NCBI GenBank assembly: GCA_964596735.1 | Contig: CAZQVF010000006.1 | Coordinates: forward strand, 24,152-88,151 | DNA length: 64,000 nt | Direction: 5' to 3' | From: an uncultured Gammaproteobacteria bacterium | GTDB lineage: Bacteria; Patescibacteriota; Patescibacteriia; UBA2591; UBA6264 | Part shown: positions 58,582 to 64,000 of the stretch, piece by piece | Layout: every line of letters begins with the position of its first letter | How positions within the stretch are numbered: the first letter of the stretch is position 1 | Made by a program: the position numbers and the translations under genes | The notes under the pieces: model-generated | What the model saw: only the letters and a program-made list of their open reading frames with translations | Database searches by the model: none | What the model was told of the DNA's origin: nothing

Positions 58582-60426
58582 ATGAGGACAGGAAAGAAAT
58601 CGACAAAAAGTTCAAAATACCAAAAAAGAGGCATTTTTTATTTAGTAATTATTTTAATTATTATTGGAGGGTATTTCTTTCTTTTTCAAGAGATTTATGC
58701 TTTGGCCATTTATCCCCGAGTTTATTGTGCAGACAATTTAAGGTTAACAGGGCTAAAGTTTAATGAAGCCAAGGCTTTAATGGAGATTTTAGTTGAAAAG
58801 ATAGAAAAACAAGGATTTTCTTTTTCTGCTCAAACAGAGTTGGGAGAGAAACGGGTTATTGTTCAACCTACACAAATTGCCTTAACAGATCCAGACCTTA
58901 GTCGTCATCTAGTCTCTTTTGATGTAAATAAAACCTTAGAAAATGCTTTTCAGATTGGCAGAGGAGGCAATTTTTATCAGAGAATTAAGAAAATAATTTC
59001 AAGTCTAACAAAAGATCAGACTGTAGATTTGGTTTTTGAAATAAATCAAGATGAAATCAGGCAGGTCTTAGAGGAAAATTTTAAAGAATTAGAAAAACCA
59101 GCTCAGAATGCCCATTTGTTAATTTCCAATCAAGAGCTAGTTTTAGCACAAGAATCGGCCGGATTTATTCTAGATTATGATACGTCTATTAAACAATTGA
59201 AAACAGGATTAAAAGGTTTTCAAAATAAAGAAATTAAAATTAGTATTCTTTTTAAAGAGCCACAGATAAAAGCGGAAAATTCAGAAAAGGCCTTTATTCA
59301 GGCCCAAGATTTATTTGCTTCAGCTCCTTATGCTTTAGTCTATAAAAACAAAAAGTGGATTTTACCCGATACTAAGATTGGAGAATGGTTTGAATTTAAA
59401 AAAGGCGGATTTGACAGGGTTGTTTTAGGTTTTAACCAACAAAGCATTCAAAAATATCTACAAGAGATTGCCAAAGAAATAGATGTCGATCCAGTTAAGC
59501 CGCAATTTGAAATAGAAAATGAACGAGTCATTGAATTTCAAGTTGGTCAACCAGGTTTTGTTTTAGACCAGGAAAAAAATGCAATAATTATTGCTCAGAT
59601 GATTCTGAACAAAAAAGAACAAGTAGATTTAAGAGTGGATGAGATTGAACCTGTTCCTCTGCCTAAAGATATAGATAGTTTGGGAATTAAAGAATTAATA
59701 GCTGAGGGAAGTTCCAGTTTTGCTGGAAGCCCTAAAAACAGAAGATATAATATTAAAGTTGGAGCGGAAAAATTACACGGAATTTTAATTAAACAAGATC
59801 AGGAATTTTCTTTGGTTCAAGCCATTGGAGAGGTAAACAAGGAAGCAGGGTTTTTACCAGAATTAGTTATTAAAGGAGATCGGACTATTCCTGAATATGG
59901 CGGGGGCCTTTGCCAGATAGGAACAACAATGTTTCGTTTAGCCATTAATGCCGGCTTGCCAATTACCGAAAGAAGACCGCATTCGTATCGTGTTTCCTAT
60001 TATGAACCAGCCGGCATGGATGCCACAATTTATAATCCCTGGCCAGATTTGAAATTTATTAATGATACCAACCATCATTTACTTTTACAAACAGAGATTC
60101 AAGGAGATAAATTGAGTTTTAAATTTTATGGCACCTCTGATGGTCGTCAGGTTAAAACAACCAAACCTGAATTATCTGATATTGTTAAACCAGGACCGGT
60201 TCAATATGTTGAAACAACAGAATTACCTCCAGGCGAAAAAAAGAAAGTTGAATCAGCTCACGCTGGAGCAAACGCAGAATTTATAAACATAATAACCTTT
60301 CCTAATGGTATTGTAAGAGAAGAGATTTGGAAAAGTCATTACCGTCCCTGGCCAGAAGTTTGGCTGGTTGGGAAAGAAATAGAGGAGATAGAAGAAATAG
60401 AAGGAGATATAGAGATTATTAATTAA
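58582..60426 (+). CDS. VanW-domain protein
   Basis: GGGLCQIGTTMFRLAINAGLPI...RRPHSYRVSYY VanW core; N-terminal TM helix. Confidence 0.65.
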   Translation: MRTGKKSTKSSKYQKRGIFYLVIILIIIGGYFFLFQEIYALAIYPRVYCADNLRLTGLKFNEAKALMEILVEKIEKQGFSFSAQTELGEKRVIVQPTQIALTDPDLSRHLVSFDVNKTLENAFQIGRGGNFYQRIKKIISSLTKDQTVDLVFEINQDEIRQVLEENFKELEKPAQNAHLLISNQELVLAQESAGFILDYDTSIKQLKTGLKGFQNKEIKISILFKEPQIKAENSEKAFIQAQDLFASAPYALVYKNKKWILPDTKIGEWFEFKKGGFDRVVLGFNQQSIQKYLQEIAKEIDVDPVKPQFEIENERVIEFQVGQPGFVLDQEKNAIIIAQMILNKKEQVDLRVDEIEPVPLPKDIDSLGIKELIAEGSSSFAGSPKNRRYNIKVGAEKLHGILIKQDQEFSLVQAIGEVNKEAGFLPELVIKGDRTIPEYGGGLCQIGTTMFRLAINAGLPITERRPHSYRVSYYEPAGMDATIYNPWPDLKFINDTNHHLLLQTEIQGDKLSFKFYGTSDGRQVKTTKPELSDIVKPGPVQYVETTELPPGEKKKVESAHAGANAEFINIITFPNGIVREEIWKSHYRPWPEVWLVGKEIEEIEEIEGDIEIIN

Positions 60427-60435
60427 AAAAGAAAA

Positions 60436-62463
60436 ATGAACATTACAGAACTAGCCAGAAGACTAAAAGTTACCCCTAATGAGCTTAAGCAAACTTTGCC
60501 AAAGCTAGGTTTTCATATTGGCCCAAGAGCAATTCAGATTCCCGATAAACAAGCAGAGAAAGTAATTAAAATTTGGCAGGAGAAGAAAGTAAAAGAAAAA
60601 GCTTTAGCTAAAATTAAAGAAAGAATTTCTCAGACAGATGAAAAAGAAAAAACATCTGAATCTCGCAAAGTGATTACTTTACCCCCAACAATTCAAGTGT
60701 ATCGTTTTGCAGAAGAGTTATCCATGTCCGTACCCAAAGTAATGAGTGAGTTAATTAAAAATGGCATTCTGGCCAGTGTCAACGAGAGCTTAGATTATGA
60801 GATTGCGGCGATTATTGCTGAGAATTTAGGAGTAAAAACCGTTAAAGGAGAAATAGAACAAGAAGATTTAACCCAATCTCTTAAGAGTAAATTAGGGGAG
60901 ATTTTAAAAAAGGAAAATAAAAAGAACCTAGAATCAAGGCCTCCCGTAGTCGTAGTCATGGGGCATGTTGACCATGGAAAAAGTTCTATTCTTGATGCCA
61001 TTAGACAAAGCAAAATCGTTGACCAAGAAAAAGGAGGTATTACTCAACATATCGGAGCTTATCAAGTAGAAAAAAATAACCACTTAATTACTTTTATTGA
61101 TACGCCAGGCCATGAGGCCTTTCAAAGTATGCGGGCCCGGGGAGGAGAACTGGCTGATATTGCCGTTCTGGTGATAGCGGCTGATGACGGAGTTCTGCCA
61201 CAAACATTAGAGTCTGTAAAAATTATTCAGCAACAAGGCATCCCTTTCATTGTCGCCATTAATAAGATTGATAAACCAGGAATAGACGTAGAAAAAGTAA
61301 AGAAAGATCTATCTAAAATTAATCTAATACCAGAGGACTGGGGAGGGAAAGTTATTTGTGTATCAGTTTCTGCTAAAACAAAACAAGGGATAGAAGACCT
61401 TTTAGAAACAATAAATTTAGTTTCAGAAATGGAAAAAGATAAATTACTTACCAACCCAAAAGGAGATTTACTGGGCGTTGTAGTAGAGTCTCATTTAGAC
61501 CCAGGGTTTGGACCAGTAGCCAGTGTAATTATTTACCAGGGGATTCTTAAAAAGGGTGATAATATTGTTATTGGTCAAACTTATGGTCGTTTACGTTCCC
61601 TTAAGGACCAGTTAGGAAATTCAGTCAATGTTGCAAAAGCAAGTTTCCCAGTCCAAATTTTTGGATTAAAAAGCCTGCCTCAGGTAGGAGAATTAATAGA
61701 AGTAATTAAAGATAGCCGCGAATTTAAAAAAAGAATTAAACAAATGACTCAAACGCCAGTGTTTAAACAGGAAACTTTTGCGGCAGATTATTCTCAAGAA
61801 AAGGACAAATCAGTAAAATCAATAAAATATATAAATATTATTTTAAGAGTTGATGTTATTGGTTCTCTTGAGGCTATTACTCAAGATCTAAAAAAATTAG
61901 ACCACCCAGAGGTGAAGATTAAGATTTTAAAAAAGGGTCTGGGAGATTTAACTGAGGCAGACGTTGATCTGGCTAAAGCGGCTCAAGCCTGGTTAATTAG
62001 CTTTGGAACAGAGATTAACAGGTCAGCCAAACAATTGGCTTATGAATTAAATTTAAAAGTAAATCATTATCAGGTCATTTATGATTTAACAGACGACATA
62101 AAAGAAGAAATGAATAGGTTGTTGTCCCCGGAGATTTCTGAAGAAAAAACAGGAAAGCTTGAGGTTTTAAAGATTTTTCAACAAACCAATAAAGAGATTA
62201 TTTTAGGAGGAAGAGTTATTGAAGGCAAGATCATTAAAGATGGTATTGTTCGGGTTTGGAAAACAGAGGTTGTTAATGGAGAAAAAAAAGAACCAGAATT
62301 AAAGGGCGAAGGCAGATTAACTCAATTACAAATTAATAAAAAAGATGTAGAAGAAGTAAAATCAGGAACAGAATGTGGAATGAAGTTTAAAGGACGAGTT
62401 AAAATAGAAGTTAGCGACATCTTAGAAATTTATAAAGAAGTGAAAAAACAGAGGGAGATATAG
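60436..62463 (+). CDS. infB: translation initiation factor IF-2
   Basis: VVVVMGHVDHGKSS G1 motif, DTPGHEAF, NKID G4 motif. Confidence 0.9.
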   Translation: MNITELARRLKVTPNELKQTLPKLGFHIGPRAIQIPDKQAEKVIKIWQEKKVKEKALAKIKERISQTDEKEKTSESRKVITLPPTIQVYRFAEELSMSVPKVMSELIKNGILASVNESLDYEIAAIIAENLGVKTVKGEIEQEDLTQSLKSKLGEILKKENKKNLESRPPVVVVMGHVDHGKSSILDAIRQSKIVDQEKGGITQHIGAYQVEKNNHLITFIDTPGHEAFQSMRARGGELADIAVLVIAADDGVLPQTLESVKIIQQQGIPFIVAINKIDKPGIDVEKVKKDLSKINLIPEDWGGKVICVSVSAKTKQGIEDLLETINLVSEMEKDKLLTNPKGDLLGVVVESHLDPGFGPVASVIIYQGILKKGDNIVIGQTYGRLRSLKDQLGNSVNVAKASFPVQIFGLKSLPQVGELIEVIKDSREFKKRIKQMTQTPVFKQETFAADYSQEKDKSVKSIKYINIILRVDVIGSLEAITQDLKKLDHPEVKIKILKKGLGDLTEADVDLAKAAQAWLISFGTEINRSAKQLAYELNLKVNHYQVIYDLTDDIKEEMNRLLSPEISEEKTGKLEVLKIFQQTNKEIILGGRVIEGKIIKDGIVRVWKTEVVNGEKKEPELKGEGRLTQLQINKKDVEEVKSGTECGMKFKGRVKIEVSDILEIYKEVKKQREI

Positions 62464-62488
62464 AATTAAATAATTATTAAATAAAAAT

Positions 62489-63214
62489 ATGAAGGGTATT
62501 ATTCTAGCGGGAGGGACAGGAAGCAGAATGTTTCCTTGTACTAAAGTTACAAATAAACACCTGCTTCCAATCTATAACAAACCAATGATTTATTACCCCT
62601 TAGAAACCTTAGCCAGAGCAGGAATAAAAGACGTTTTAATTGTTACTGGAGGAAACAGTCCAGGTGATTTTCTTAAACTCTTAGGGAATGGTAAAAGTTT
62701 TGGGTTAAAAGAGCTTCATTATACGTATCAAGAAGGTTCAGGAGGTATTGCCGAAGCCCTGGGTTTGGCAGAAGATTTTGCAGACAATGGCAGGGTAGTG
62801 GTTATTTTAGGCGACAATATTTTTGAAGATAACATCTCTCAGGCAGTTAAAGATTTTAAAAAGCAAAAGTTGGGAGCCAAGCTTTTTTTAAAAAAAGTTC
62901 TTGACCCAAAACGTTTTGGCGTGGCAGAAGTTAAAGGTAAAAAGATAATTAACATTGAAGAAAAACCCAAAAAGCCCAAAAGCAGTTATGCTGTTACTGG
63001 TCTTTATATGTATAATGGTCAGGTATTTGATGTGATTAAGACATTAAAACCGTCTCAAAGAGGAGAATTAGAAATTACTGATGTAAATAATTTCTATATT
63101 AAACAAGAAACAGCTACTTATGAAGTGGTTAAAGGTTTTTGGTCAGACGCGGGAACGTTTGAATCTCTGTTTAGAGCAACCAATTTAATAGAAAAAAAGA
63201 TTTCCAGCAAATAG
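62489..63214 (+). CDS. rfbA: glucose-1-phosphate thymidylyltransferase-like sugar nucleotidyltransferase (short form)
   Basis: MKGIILAGGTGSRMFP...KHLLPIYNKPMIYYPL N-terminus. Confidence 0.7.
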   Translation: MKGIILAGGTGSRMFPCTKVTNKHLLPIYNKPMIYYPLETLARAGIKDVLIVTGGNSPGDFLKLLGNGKSFGLKELHYTYQEGSGGIAEALGLAEDFADNGRVVVILGDNIFEDNISQAVKDFKKQKLGAKLFLKKVLDPKRFGVAEVKGKKIINIEEKPKKPKSSYAVTGLYMYNGQVFDVIKTLKPSQRGELEITDVNNFYIKQETATYEVVKGFWSDAGTFESLFRATNLIEKKISSK

Positions 63215-63253
63215 ACTTGCTTATTTGTCTGAATATGATAGAATAATTCCACT

Positions 63254-63616
63254 ATGTTAACGATAAAATTAAGCCGAAAAGGAAAAAAGAATCAACCATT
63301 TTTTCGTATAATCGTATTAGAAAAAAGTAAAGATCCTTGGGGGGATTTTTTAGAGGATCTGGGCTTTTTAAATCCTTTAACAAAAAAAACCTCTCTTAAG
63401 GTTGACAGAATAAAACATTGGATTTCTCAAGGGGCTCAACCAACAGGTTCGGTTCATAATCTATTGGTTAAGGAAGGGGTTATTAAGGCAGATAAGGTTA
63501 AGGTTACAAAAATCCACAAGAAAAAGGCTAAAAAGAAAAAAGAAGAAAAGCCAAAAAAAGCAGCAAAAGAAGAAAAAAAAGCGCAAACTAAAGAGGAATC
63601 ACCAGACAAGTCTTGA
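63254..63616 (+). CDS. rpsP: 30S ribosomal protein S16 with Lys-rich C-terminal tail
   Basis: MLTIKLSRKGKKNQPFFRIIV N-terminus. Confidence 0.85.
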   Translation: MLTIKLSRKGKKNQPFFRIIVLEKSKDPWGDFLEDLGFLNPLTKKTSLKVDRIKHWISQGAQPTGSVHNLLVKEGVIKADKVKVTKIHKKKAKKKKEEKPKKAAKEEKKAQTKEESPDKS

Positions 63617-63784
63617 CAAACCTTTTATTTCTGTTATTATTAAAGCAGATTTCAATACAAGACCAGTCTTAAACAAGACAAGAAACCTTTATTTGAATTA
63701 ATTCGGTTTCAAGAAAAGGTCGGTAGACTGCAAGGATGTATTTGTTCTTTAATTAATAGTTAATTTGAATATTAGATTAAGTAT

Positions 63785-64000
63785 ATGGCAGAAAAACATT
63801 TAGATAAGGAATTCTTAGAACACCTGATTAAGGCTCTTGTCGCTCACCCAGAAGACGTTAAAATAGCTCGTAACGTTGATGAGATGGGAGTTTTACTTTC
63901 TCTTAAGATTCACCCAGAAGACATGGGTCAGGTTATTGGCCGCCAGGGCTCAACCGCTCGCGCCATTAGGTCCCTTTTACGCATTGTTGGCTTAAGAAAC
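63785..64000 (+). CDS. KH-domain RNA-binding protein (KhpA/YlqC-like), 3'-truncated by window end
   Basis: Translation from ATG 63785 gives MAEKHLDKEFLEHLIKALVAHPEDVKI...VIGRQGSTARAIRSLL (a GxxG KH motif). The position after rpsP is the usual one. Confidence 0.6.
   Translation, partial: MAEKHLDKEFLEHLIKALVAHPEDVKIARNVDEMGVLLSLKIHPEDMGQVIGRQGSTARAIRSLLRIVGLRN

Noticed and set aside
1-64000. CRISPR arrays, integrases, transposases, toxin-antitoxin pairs
   Set aside because: No regularly spaced short repeats or recombinase/transposase-like ORFs were seen. The only direct repeats are the 34-bp pair at the methyltransferase gene, the 20-bp tandem at 45651, and the intragenic protease repeats.

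Overview
This 64 kb window is AT-rich (about one third G+C by eye) and densely coded, with a housekeeping gene content that looks like a small-genome Patescibacteria/CPR-type bacterium; that taxonomic placement is inference only. Called genes include gyrA, infB, dnaN, hup, ftsH, rpsA, the rpsF-ssb-rpsR block, efp, rpsP, tyrS, trxB, lspA, mltG, ruvC, yebC, PBP1A and pilT. Four tRNAs are present: Lys-CUU, Arg-UCG, Ala-CGC and Arg-CCU. Sugar and envelope metabolism is prominent: two divergent glgA paralogs, GH57-like and GH15-like glycosidases, galU, PGI/PMI, rfbA and rfbB, and a module of alternating GT2 synthases and large polytopic membrane proteins. The most unusual features are these. (1) A single GC-rich radical SAM/SPASM maturase-like gene at 35678..36772, with its own Shine-Dalgarno and terminators on both sides, lies between a TrpR/YerC-like regulator that carries a trp-operator-like GTAC array and a tRNA-Lys/tRNA-Arg pair. 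It looks like a horizontally acquired orphan maturase. (2) A full intein (366 aa) with splicing blocks A, B, F and G and a LAGLIDADG endonuclease interrupts rfbB exactly at the catalytic S|TDEV site. (3) Four tandem secreted membrane-hairpin pilin-like paralogs resemble TrbC/VirB2-type T4SS pilins; one is fused to a Cys-rich module and a peptidoglycan-binding-like domain. (4) A SAM-methyltransferase gene is bracketed by perfect 34-bp direct repeats that also supply the C-terminal codons of both flanking genes. (5) A free-standing LAGLIDADG homing endonuclease sits next to a frameshifted GT4 glycosyltransferase. No CRISPR array, integrase or transposase was recognised.
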